From the NCBI RefSeq assembly GCF_000400465.1, contig NW_008806283.1, forward strand, positions 20,001-268,000: a stretch of DNA of 248,000 nt, given 5' to 3'. Shown one piece after another: positions 25,550-37,264 of the stretch. Numbering within the stretch: position 1 is the stretch's first letter; every line of letters begins with the position of its first letter. Under the pieces are notes generated by a model. The model did no database searches and was not told the DNA's origin. It saw nothing but the letters and a program-made list of their open reading frames with translations. The stretch comes from Wallemia ichthyophaga EXF-994 (lineage: Eukaryota > Fungi > Basidiomycota). Both the position numbers and the translations under genes were made by a program.

Positions 25550-27818
25550 ATGCCATTTGGTAAATCAACAAATGAGAATTTTATATATGGAATGTTTAAT
25601 TTCCAAGGGGAAGTTGACGATGAATTGAGTTTTAATTGTGGGGATATTATTTATATTATAGAGACAGACGAGGAATTTAAAGATGGTTGGTGGATTGGTA
25701 AATGCGAAAATGGTAATCAAGGTTTATTTCCTGAATCTTATACTTGTTGGTCTAAACCTATTGCCCCCGGTGTTGCTCCTGTTTCTGCCGTGGCCTCTGC
25801 GGCTTCCGTGACTGCCGTGGCTGATCAGGAACACCCAAAACAACCCCCACAACACACTCCCATCAATTCAACCATGTCTCAAATCGAAGACGCTATAAAC
25901 GACATCTCTACCAACCACCCTGACAATGAAAATCTTCTCGCTCCAATCGTTGAATCTACTAACTCAAACACTTCCTCACAAATCACCCTGGATCACTCTG
26001 ACAACGAAGATGATCCCATTAACGCAAATGCACGCTCCCTATTGGCGAAGAAGAACCTTAACCCTCCCACTTCCCTCCAATTCGGTAGCGATAGTGATGA
26101 AAATTTGACTCCTACTCATTCCCCTATTACTGATAATAATGAGCAATCAACTCCAAATCCTCCTTTTCAACCAGAAAATTCTTTTAACTCTTACAACTCA
26201 AACCAATCTCCTACTCCACCCTCTCCAAACACCGCAGACATCCCCAACTGGTCCCTCGACAACGTCCTTCATTGGGCTAAGCACAAAAATTTCGACGATT
26301 ACATATGTGAAAAACTTCTTCAACACGACATCTCCGGTGATGTTCTCCTCCAATTGGACACTGACTCCCTCAAAGAAATTGACATACTTGCTTTCGGTAA
26401 GCGTGTTAAACTTGCAAATGCTATTAAAGATTTGCGCATTTTAGCCGGTTTGGATCAGGGTGTTGATAACCATAAACGTGGTAGTGAGACATCCAAGTCA
26501 TCTGGTCATAACCAAACACCAATTAGCAACATCAACACCAGCAGCATCAACAACGCCCCATCTGACCCTCCTACTGCTGTCACAACCTCGCTACCCTCCC
26601 CACACTCTCAACCCGGGTTATCTCGCACCGCCTCAGCCACAAATTCCCTCCGAAGAGCTTTTAGTGGTCATAATTACAACTCAACTAACTCGCCCTCCTC
26701 AGCTACCTCACCCACCATCCAATCCCCTCTATCTCCTCGCACTCCCTCCCTCCGCAAACGCACTTCAGACTCCTCCGCCTTTTTCGGCGTCGGCAGTAAA
26801 GGCAACCCACGCAAACCTGCTCCTCGCTACAGTGGTGCCAGTAACGAGACTGAAAAGAGTGACAAGGAGGGTTGGTCAGCTGCCCGACTACTCGGATCAA
26901 AACGTTCATTGCGCAATATTAACGGCGGTGGTCGTCCTAGCACCTCGCCGCAACCGCAGCAATCCCAACCACAATCCTCATTCGCCAACAGAGTGTCTTT
27001 ATCTACTGACAATGCAAACACAAACACAAACACAAACGCAGACACTCGAAGGAGTGTAGTAGACCTCACCCACTTCCAATCTCGGGACGGTACAGCCCTA
27101 CAAAAAATAGGCGGGTGCGACTGCAAAGGGTGGTTAAAAAAGAGGGGGGAGAGGTATGGGTGGAAGATGCGCTACTTTGTTTTGAAAGGCTCGCAACTCT
27201 TCTACCTCAAGAACGAGAACGATACGCAATTGAAGGGCTTCATTCAGTTAAACGGCTTCAAGGTGCTCGCCGACGAATCTAACTCCTCCCGCCACCAATT
27301 CGCTTTCAAAATATCTCACGAACGTGAACGTGACACGCACCATTTTGCAAGTGAGGAGAAAAGCGTGACGAGAGAGTGGATGAATGCGCTCATGAAAGCC
27401 AGTATAGTGAGAGATATAGGAGGTGAGAGATGTGTTATGAGAGGCTTGCTATTTTCGTTACTAACGCCCTACTCCAGCTCCCGTCGTTAGTAGCTGCACT
27501 ATCCCTACTATCCCTCTGGATAAAGCGCAGACTATGTTTCCTCCACCCCGCCCTCCTTCGCCCACTTCTAGAGAGAGAGTGCAGAGAGCGAATGCACGCG
27601 ATAATCCTGACAGCCTCTCGCCGCAAGATGCACAGGTACTTATGGCCGGTGCGTCTGAGGGCGGTACTCAGGGTGGTAGTCACGGCAGTCATACTCGCGC
27701 TGGCGCTACTCACCCCTCTCACTCATCCCCCACTTACGAAAAGAAGCGCACTACCTCTTCTTCCTTTGGTAACCTGTCGAGCAGCTTCGGAAATGAGGAT
27801 CGAGACAAGGATTTTTAG
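25550..27818 (+). CDS. Boi1/Pob1-like SH3-SAM-PH polarity protein
   Basis: SH3 (GWWIG...GLFPESY), SAM (WSLDNV), PH (KGWLKKRG). Confidence 0.85.
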
Positions 27819-28277
27819 TTTGATTGAGTGAGTGAAAGAGTGCTTGCGATGGTATAATCTTCTGCCGTGTTAGCGCTGTTTCTTTTTCTCACTTGCTATG
27901 CTTCTTGCTTCCTGCTTCTCATCTCCGTGCTTGCTCACTCACTGGCCCGCATAGTGTACTATCTATACCCCCCCCCACATTCTCTATTCATTTCCTAGCC
28001 AGCTCAAGTTCAATATTTATGTTACATACTTTAATTCCATGTCTTACGCCTTATAAGTTATTATTCTCACACATATCACAACTCGCAACTCAAACGTGAA
28101 TGGCGCTCATTCGGAGAGTGGTATGGGGCGTCTCGCATACCTACATAAATACACTCTTTCATTTTCACTTTGAGCTTTATCATTCTGAGCTGTGATATCA
28201 CCAAGTGACTCAACACTCATACTCATCAGTGTCAACTTTTCATAATAGGCGATATTGTACATTACAAACTAACTTTA

Positions 28278-29348
28278 CTATGCGATATGCTGCGATTGAT
28301 TGCTGGGGAGGGAAAGATTGCGATGCGATTGTGATTGTGATTGTGATTGTGATTGTGAATGCGATTGTGAATACGACTGCGACTCAATAAGGCTATAATC
28401 CTTATCACTACTCCCCTTGGCACACATTTCGGGCTTCCTGGGCAAATGCAACTGACTTAATTCTTCAGTCTTGATCTGCGAGATGTGGGGCAGGGAGCTT
28501 CTCCTAAGCCTGAGGCCCATTCCTAGCGCCTCAAGTATATCGGCCTGGATGAAGAAGAGTGCGAAAGCAATGATTCCGATACTGCCAAAGAGCTCTTCAT
28601 TTCTCGCCTCGTTGTGCGTTCCCGGCGCTAAAGTTTTGATGTGAAGCGCAATAGATATAAAAGAGTAGAAAAGAAAGAGCAAGAGACGCGCAGCAAGTTG
28701 AATGTTTACAGTCCAGCTCGTCTGGAGTAGACCGCGCTGAGCAGCGCGCATCCGACACAGCAGAAACGTAAGCCATACCGCTACAACGAGGACGAGAACC
28801 ATGAGAACGAGTGATACGCTTACGGAAGCATAAAGAAGTTTATTCGGCGGTCGTATGCTAGCATACAGTGGTGTGCGTATCAAGATGGATGAATGGGTGA
28901 TTGTCTCTACTAGAAACGCAATCACGAATGGAATGCCAAGTAAGTATGGTATCATTACTAACACCCTCGAATCAGCCCAGTAGAAGTAATGTGATACTCG
29001 CGTAGATAAGGCTATATTTGTTGACACCCAGAATTTCATTACTACCATTAAAGTCGTACTGGCATTCATCACCATTCCTGGTAGTCTTGATACGGCATTT
29101 GTTATTTCTAGTCCTGTCGGCGGATCGGGGTCGTAGATATGCCCCGTCCATAGAAGCACCGCGTCCATCCATAGTGTGACGCAGAAAACAAAGTAGAAAT
29201 TCAGTACGACGGCGTGTTTCTTGACATTGCGGGATGATAGCGTGAAAATGAATAGGAATAGATGTAGTGCACTGCCTGTGACTAGGAGTGAATAGTATGC
29301 CCGCAGTTGCGACTTTGAGGCAAGTGGCGGAATAGAATCTCCGTCCAT
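28278..29348 (-). CDS. Multi-pass (about 7 TM) membrane protein, GPCR-like
   Basis: 356 aa ORF with about seven hydrophobic segments and a polar tail. Confidence 0.5.
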   Translation of the reverse strand: MDGDSIPPLASKSQLRAYYSLLVTGSALHLFLFIFTLSSRNVKKHAVVLNFYFVFCVTLWMDAVLLWTGHIYDPDPPTGLEITNAVSRLPGMVMNASTTLMVVMKFWVSTNIALSTRVSHYFYWADSRVLVMIPYLLGIPFVIAFLVETITHSSILIRTPLYASIRPPNKLLYASVSVSLVLMVLVLVVAVWLTFLLCRMRAAQRGLLQTSWTVNIQLAARLLLFLFYSFISIALHIKTLAPGTHNEARNEELFGSIGIIAFALFFIQADILEALGMGLRLRRSSLPHISQIKTEELSQLHLPRKPEMCAKGSSDKDYSLIESQSYSQSHSQSQSQSQSQSHRNLSLPSNQSQHIA

Positions 29349-30048
29349 GTGCTATAGCATGGAGTTTGGTGTTGTGTGTAATGTGTTGATGGGTGTGTAT
29401 CTGTACAAGTTTCTTAATGCGCAATGAATTTATCTAGCGAGTGAAAAATGTATTACACGATATTAATCTCAGACACGATCAGCCCTTGGCGGTGAAGAGA
29501 GCTGCGGATATCTAAGGCTGCAGATAATCTGCACATGAATTTCATCGTGGATGATATCGGATGTATTTATACTTTGTCTTTTGCCCTGTTTGCACTGAGA
29601 CACCTTTACCGGATGCTATGGATGAATGCTTTCAATGCTTTTTAGCGTGGATTTATTTTTAAATATAATAGCTTAAGGTATATTAAATAAGCCTGCTTGA
29701 TTACTTTCCTAAGAAGTACACCAACGCGATCTGGTCAATGCGAATACCGATGCGGATATCAATTAAAATCTCCACTTAGCTTCTCCTTAGAATTTGCAGC
29801 ATCTGCGGCAGCAGCAGCATAATTGATAATCTTCCACTGCCCTTCAGTCCAAAACAGCCCAATACAACCTAATACACCCTTATACTAGTAATAATCAATC
29901 GCTTTATAATTTATTACAACTAATCATCCACACTAAGCACTTCTGCTCCAGTCGGCTCTCTCCGCTCAGCTGCACTGACAAATCGGTCAAGTTCCGTGAT
30001 TGTATATATAAGCGACGACAAACGAAATCGTCTTACAACACCTCCAAT

Positions 30049-31368
30049 ATGACTGATAGACAACTATACAACACTAAGAACCTCCTCGAGCACCCAGAAT
30101 TCAGAATACTCAAAGAAAAGCCTGCCAAAGGCACTGGAAGAAATATAGCGCTCACATATGACGTTGATCATGTTAACAAGTTCGTCGAGAAGCCTCGATT
30201 TGATCCTGCACCAGGCCAAGTAGAAGTTAATGTTCGAGCGACTGGAATATGTGGATCGTGAGTGGTTTTACTGCCAATTTTCCCACCTAACACCAACACG
30301 TCATAAGTGATGTGCACTTTTCGCAGCATGGCCACATCGGCGATATGGTTGTGCGTTGCATTTGTGGTGCGGGACACGAGTCAAGTGGTAAATATATCAT
30401 TACTTTGGCGCGTTTTGGCTTATCGTGCGCACAGGTGAGGTCACCAGAGTCGGGCAAGGTGTTACAGAATGGAAGGCGGGCGATAGAGTAGCAATCGAAG
30501 CGGGCATCCCCTGTGGTAATTGTGAATTCTGTAAAGTAGGTCTCAGTCAGTTGATATCGACGTATCTGACCAACTCAACAGCTTGGAAGATACAACGCGT
30601 GCCAGAACGACATCTTTTTCAGCACACCGCCACACTTCGGTACAATGAGCCGCTATCACTTGCATCCAGCTGCGTGGCTACACAGGCTACCAGACTCGGT
30701 TTCGTTCGAAGAGGGTGCGCTCTGCGAACCGCTAACGGTCGCTATGGCCGGTATCTACCGCAGTGGATTGCGGTTAGGTGATGGCGTAGTCATCTGTGGA
30801 GCTGGACCTATTGGTTGGTCGGATATCTTCAACAGTAGCCAATCTAACAATTTACATAGGTCTGGTTACCCTCTTAGCAGCAAAAGCTGCCGGATCCATT
30901 CCAATAATCACCGATCTATCCCAATCACGTCTCGACTTCGCTAAGAAACTCGTCCCATCCGTCAAGACAGTCCTCATTGAGAGAGGTCAGACACCAAAAG
31001 ACATTGCGCAGAAAATCAAAGAGGAAGCTGGTATGCCTCTCACCCTGGCATTGGAGTGTACGGGTGTTGAGAGCAGCGTTCACGCCGCTATCTTTTCCAT
31101 GACGTTTGGTGGAAAGGTGTTCATCATCGGTGTGGGCAAAGACATACAGTCGATTCCATTCATGCATCTCTCCGCTAATGAAATCGACATCCAATTTCAA
31201 TATCGTTACGCTAATCAATATCCACGTGCTATTCGCTGCGTCGCTGAAGGCATGATCGACCTCAAGCCACTTGTGACGCACAGATTCGACCTCGAGGATG
31301 CCATGGATGCCTTCGATACCGCCGCTGATCCTAAAAGTGGCGCTATCAAGGTTCAGGTCCTGGACTAA
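30049..31368 (+). CDS. Zn-dependent polyol dehydrogenase (L-arabinitol/xylitol type), multi-exon
   Basis: ATGICGSD, GHE motif, CGNCEFC, ALCEPLTVA, FRYANQYP-like C-terminus. Confidence 0.85.
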
Positions 31369-31604
31369 ACGGAGGATTTCTTGTATGATTTAGAATTCAT
31401 GATTAAATTTTTTAAAATTGGAGTGATCAGTGTGTTGATAGAACACGTTTGCTTGCAAGCAACAATTATGTCATGTATTAAGGTATAGGTAAGTAGTGCG
31501 AATATAATTAGCTAGTATTCCGTGTTTGTTGTATATGAATTGTTTTAAGAATTATCATGTGTTTGATGAAAATTTTTTTCCATGTCCAATCGAATAGGTT
31601 TCAC

Positions 31605-33759
31605 CTAATAAACCCATCGTGCCTCCGATGAATCTTGCATACGCGCTCTGATCTGATATCCGAGCAACTCCTGGCGGATGTTCACTGTCCTGTGAAACTT
31701 GATGTTGTTGCCTCTGATGGCTCTAAAGTTACCCTTGTTCATAGCGTAGCGCTTCTTTGGTACGCCTGATTGTTGGTCTTGATAAAATTCCTTCTGAGGC
31801 ATGGCTTCTAATAACCACCAGCTCTTAGCTATAGCTAGTTGATCGTTGATAGATGTCAAAGCTGAGATAGCAGAGATTAGTGGGCTGTATGGATGTAATG
31901 AAAAAGAGAGCTGTGTTTATAGTTCATCTCTCCTTCTTCTTTTCTACTCACAATCATAAACATCCTCGTGCTCCTCTGAAAGTTTAGAGCGGTCGTAGCG
32001 CTCGACGGGCACGTTCTCCATGTTTGGTTCCGGGGGGAAACCTTCTGGGACATTATATGCCGCCTCTTTTCGAGGCTTGACGATCGGATAAAGAGTGGAA
32101 AGGTCTAATCCGTAGTAATCGAGCAAGTGCGTATGAAACAGAATCCCACTACCTGATTTGAAAGATTGCCTGTACATCCAGCGCAGTGAGATTCTGTGCA
32201 ATGCATTTCTGGTCTCGTTCGAGACCGCTCCACCTGCTCACCGTTAGTTCTCCATTTTTCTCTGTCTTTCAAGTAATCCAAAACCTACCACCGACATCCG
32301 CGTGAGCGCCAAGGAAGTAAACTTCTTTGACCTTCGTATTGTCACGTATTTCGTCGTCTTTATCACTGGCGTAGGAATCGTGTTGCACAGGCAACTTGTA
32401 TAATTGCTGCAACAAATTCTGGATTTGAGGGTTGGTTCTGTCAATGCTGTCCAGGTCTACACGCTTAGTGCTGAAACGCGATTTGGCAGTTTGCTGACGC
32501 AGCTCGTCTATTCTGGAAAACAGCGCCTGTCTCATGTTCTCAATCTTTTCCCATGGATCAACCTCCTCCTCATGTTGACTATCTTTGTCGTCATCTTCGA
32601 GCTCGTTCACACTATGGTCGAATTTGATGTCGTGCTTTTTCTCTCGGTGATGAAACCACGAATCCTTGTTTGAGCGTTTCTCTTGCTCTTGTTCCTGAGT
32701 CCAATGACCTGCACGGAACTTGACGCGGTGCTTTTGCAAGTTTAGTAAGTAAGCAAATTAAACAAAATCAAACACACCTCATCTAACGCGACAGCGTGAG
32801 TAAAGTTTTTCACAATGTGATTGGAGTTTGTAAATGGCAGCTCTCTTGGGTAGAATCCAACGGAAGATACAGAATCCCATACTCCGATCCACTGTATATC
32901 CACATTTATCCCAAAGGTGGATTTGAAGAGCTTAGATTGATCGAAACCACGTTTGCTGTTGTCTTTGTACATGTCGTATGCGAACTGTACCTGTTGTAAA
33001 TTTCCTTTTGGAAGCAATCCCACTTTCAGCAGCATACCAGCCAAGCAACGGCAAGTATATGCACCTCTCGAGAAACCAATCATGCAAATTTTGTCACCAA
33101 TTCTGCCACTGTGTGAGATGACATCGTTTGTGCCGACAAAGAGCTTACCTATAATTCTCCATCAGGTACGTATATGCCTGCCTGACATGATGCCCCAGAC
33201 CGCTACCCACAGCCATGTCGCTGATATCACTAAGCTTGTTGGCCACAAAATTGGCGCGCTTGGTAGTTGAGTACGTTCCTAACCCACTTTGATAGTACAC
33301 GACCTGCTTCTCGGGCTCATCTTTCACCATACTCCTAAAGAAGCGTATGACGTTGGAGTTGTCATCGTCAAATTGATCGCCAGTGCCATCCAAACACAAA
33401 ACAATTGTACGGCCCTTATCGTCTTTGTTTTGATCGCGTATCGCCTTGAGGCGTTTGGGAACAACGTTGTCACCTCTAAAAAGGGCCTGTGGTTCATTTC
33501 TCGTCTTGGGAGGATTGATGATGAGCTGCTTGTCATTTTGGTAGTCCGAAGTGTCATTCGCTTCCAGATTAAGTGCCACATCGTAGCTGCGACCTTGAAA
33601 GTCTTTAACGTGTACAGTTTCAGTATTTGTCTCAAGAGACTTCTGAGTCGATTTGACCCGCTCTTTGAGTGATGGTTTATTAGATGGCTCATCGTTCCCC
33701 ACTTGCTGAGTTAAGTGAGAAATACTCTCAAGCTGTGTTGGTGAATCACCGCCGCTCAT
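31605..33759 (-). CDS. DUF2235 protein, multi-exon
   Basis: [42 protein letters not shown]. Confidence 0.85.
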
Positions 33760-35086
33760 TGTCGATTAATAAGACAGACAACGTCAAAGCAAGACTTATT
33801 GACACTGGAGCGAGAGCAGTCCCTGAGTAAGATTTTTAAATCTCCGCGGCTGTCCAAAGCGTTCCGCGGTTAAGGGAAGTAAATCTAATTAGAAAGACGT
33901 GGATTGAATTGACTAGGATTTGTCTAATTGGATTGCGCATTTTGACTCGCAAGTAGCTTCATCATAGTGTATATGTGGAGTAGGTAGCAGTCAGTAAAAC
34001 TCCAGCTCAAGCACAAGAATACGCCACCTTTCTCAATGGGGTATCATTTCATTGCAACTATACAAGTCTGCAGCGTTTTTGTTCTACGCACGGACATGTC
34101 CGCAACTCTCCTGCATAAGTCCTCATCCTTTGCATCTCCCACTTACTCCATGACCACCATCATTTAAACATAAAGTCGTTATAAGTTTTAATCCGCAGTA
34201 TATTTGACACACGTAAATCTCCACTTTGACCTCTGAGGACCCTGAGGATGAGATTGTTGGGAGCATCGCATAGTAGCAGACACGAGCATCCGGGACTTCT
34301 CAGAGGTTTCCTAAGCTTTTGCAAACACATAGCTGGGCACACTTGACTCACGTTGAGGTTTATCGAATCTATATTTATCGTAATTGGGAGAGCATATTAG
34401 GATATCTGTGTCTTCTAAGCAATCTCTTTACTTCCCTCCCTCACCTTAGGTTCTAGAGATTTAATCTGTTTTACATCATTCGGAGACCCTGCTTATGTCA
34501 TATGGCTATTTATACGCGATTCACGCCGCAATTTCAACCTACGCGAACCAAAATCTGCGATGTCGGAATGAGTATAAGTATGTATTCTCTTTTTCTGCGA
34601 AAACCCAGCACCAGAATTCGATAATTAAAGAAGCTGTGATCATTATGTCATTTCGGATGTTGTTGTAGTGGAGCAATATTCCTTTAACTTGAGCATTTCA
34701 CCGGGACAGACTCTTTAATATATTCACACTCATGCTGGATGCCAGAGTTGGTCTAATATAACTGAATTTAAGATACACCGAAAATTTGCTGGTGGTCCGT
34801 GCGCTCGTGAAAATTAAGAATACTTTCGAGAAACCTGCATCAAAAGTCCCTTTCAAAGATGATCTTTGGTCCATACCGAATTAGGAGACGTAAGTGAAAT
34901 TTCAAGACTAATTTGTCTTATTTGTTTGACATTTATACAGTGAAACATTGTGAGACTTATCCGGTAACTTAATTTACCGCGTATTATCACGCAATATGAT
35001 CGAAAAGGTTTCAGTCGCAGTCTTCCAGGTATAAAATCAGCTCCACTTACTCTTCTTCCAATCAGAACCATCACACTCTTTTGAAA

Positions 35087-35360
35087 ATGAAACTTTCTAT
35101 CTTTGTCGCCTCAGCCGCCATCGCCTCTGCAGCAGCAGTTCCAGTTGCTGTGCGTTGTTAACTTTTTATCTCGTAATATCAAGCTGAATTAACGACAGCG
35201 TGAAACCCAAGCTGTTCCAGACTTGCTCCAGAACCTTGGCTTGACTCAAGACCAACAATCAGTCCTCGGAAATTTGCTCAAGGATCTCGGTCTCGTACCA
35301 CAAGATTTATCTTCAAGCAAGCGTGAGGCTGCCATCTCAGAGATTCAAGCCGGCCTCTGA
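35087..35360 (+). CDS. Small secreted pre-pro-peptide, KEP-like copy A
   Basis: MKLSIFVASAAIASAAAVPVA|intron|RETQAVPDLLQNLGLTQDQQSVLGNLLKDLGLVPQDLSSSKREAAISEIQAGL*. Confidence 0.75.
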
Positions 35361-35589
35361 ATTGATGTTGACTCATGATTCCCTTTTTATAAAATTCTCA
35401 CATGGCTATAGGATTTAGCTATGATTTACTTTATATCATTGTAATGATTTTTCTACCATGACTTTACCAAATTAATTCAGTGTCTTTGATATTAGTTCTT
35501 ATAACGATAGCGTGTCGCCATCTGCTTGCAACAGAATAATTGCAAGTCATGCTGGTAGAGCGCTGCCATTCTATGTCTTTCCGCTCAAT

Positions 35590-36010
35590 TGAAGCCATTT
35601 GCGGATAAACGACAAGCAACGTTCGACCAACGAAAATCAAGACTGCTCAAAACAGCCATGGAAAATCGATGAGAGCTCTGTCATTTCTGAGCAAGCTAAA
35701 TTTGTTTTATGCATAAGCTGGAGATTGCTAGCTCCGGGAAATACCTTGTCGCGTGTTCAGGGACACGCTTAGAAGGACCTTTTTATCTTTCTTTGCGGAA
35801 TTTGCGCAAAATCTCTTCAAGACGACATATAAGCTCTTCACTCGTTTGCAACACTCAATGCAGTGATATTCATCATTTATGGCTCAACCATCGCTACACC
35901 AGAGTTACAGTAAGTGTCTGGCATTTTCAAAGCATGTGACTAACGCAAAGCTATAGCGCGATGGGCAAGCTGTCCCAGACCTTCTCGCTGCACTCGGGCT
36001 CACTCAAGAT
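35590..36010 (+). pseudogene. Decayed duplicate of the peptide gene at 43525, including promoter and intron
   Basis: 35881-36010 nearly identical to 43564-43690; 5' end broken (ATG CAG TGA). Confidence 0.7.
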
Positions 36011-36849
36011 TATAAGGCTTCTTTACCAAGGTCGATGATTTTGTACCTAAAGACTCAACAGCTGAACTTAGACACCCACTACACCACAACTCTAAAAAAA
36101 GATTGAAGTTTAGTAGGAATTTTAGTGCTGAAATTTGTATCCCTATTGCCAAAAGCAGCCAAAACACGTTCTCTGAAAGCCACTTAGCAGGCAATCTCAA
36201 ATTTGTGGGGAATTGAGCAGATGAAACAGGCGGTAATTTTCATTGATTAGTACAACCATACATTTTTATGGCGAAACGTGTGTTTTTGATGTGTAGTAAC
36301 GAAGCAAAGATAACGATTGATAGACTTTCAATAACAATATAGTGTTTAGAGTGCATTATGCATGAGTTTATCTCAAACTATCATCTTTAGTGGCAATGGT
36401 GTTGAGTGTAGTCTTGTTGCAGGTTTGCGGATTGCTTGGATATACATATGTAAGCAAAGCTCGCTATCGATAGCTAAATGTAATCGCACGTGGTGGAGTG
36501 ATACTCGATAACATCCACGTCCTAACACGCCTCAACGATTGCCACAAGGGAGACTCATGATCGCGTATGCTTACACAATCGCGAATGATTAATTATCATG
36601 CGATCGAAAGCATTGGGTTCAGAAAATTTTAGACGCAGCGATCAAATGACGGAAAATATTAGCTAAATTGTTTCACATCAGCCGCGCACATCAGCCGTCT
36701 TCAATGTATGCAGCTAACCTGAAGACCGACTGTCACAAAAAATTCCTGTTACAAATTAAGGCACAGCAGACTAGAAAATCACCGCTGAAAAATATCCGTA
36801 ATGTTAGAACCTTTCAAGACAACCCTCATGTTCCTTAAAATTTCTGGAA

Positions 36850-37074
36850 ATGAAACTCGGAATCCTCGCCGTTGTAGCCGCCATCTTAGTCTTGACCATT
36901 GCTGTACCAGCAGCCATGAGTGTGCAGATTTTCCTCTAGCTCAGTTGACCATGCCTTTGGAACGATGAAGATCTTATTGAAGAACTTGTCGATGTCGATG
37001 GAGTAGCCGAAGATTTCGGAGCAATATTGTCCCAGACCGCTAACACAAACAACTTGATTGCTGACAGACATTAA
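36850..37074 (+). pseudogene. Small secreted peptide gene, probably splice-damaged
   Basis: MKLGILAVVAAILVLTIAVPAA, then ATGAGT where a GTGAGT donor is expected; downstream DEDLIEELVDVDGVAEDFGAIL. Confidence 0.5.
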
Positions 37075-37264
37075 TGACTAGAATGTCAATGTGGATCTAA
37101 TCAACGCTTAGTGTTTTTAAATATATTTCGGATCTTTGGATTATCAGTCAATTTCTATACGTACGTCTCAAATTCGGGATGATCAATTCTATATTAGTGA
37201 AATGACGAATTGTTACAGGTCAATGAAGTATGTTATGTGCAAATTTTCAATGCGAGCCTCTCAC

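Noticed and set aside
34160-34351. Cys-containing ORF as another peptide gene
   Set aside because: No signal peptide, shared intron or KR pattern.
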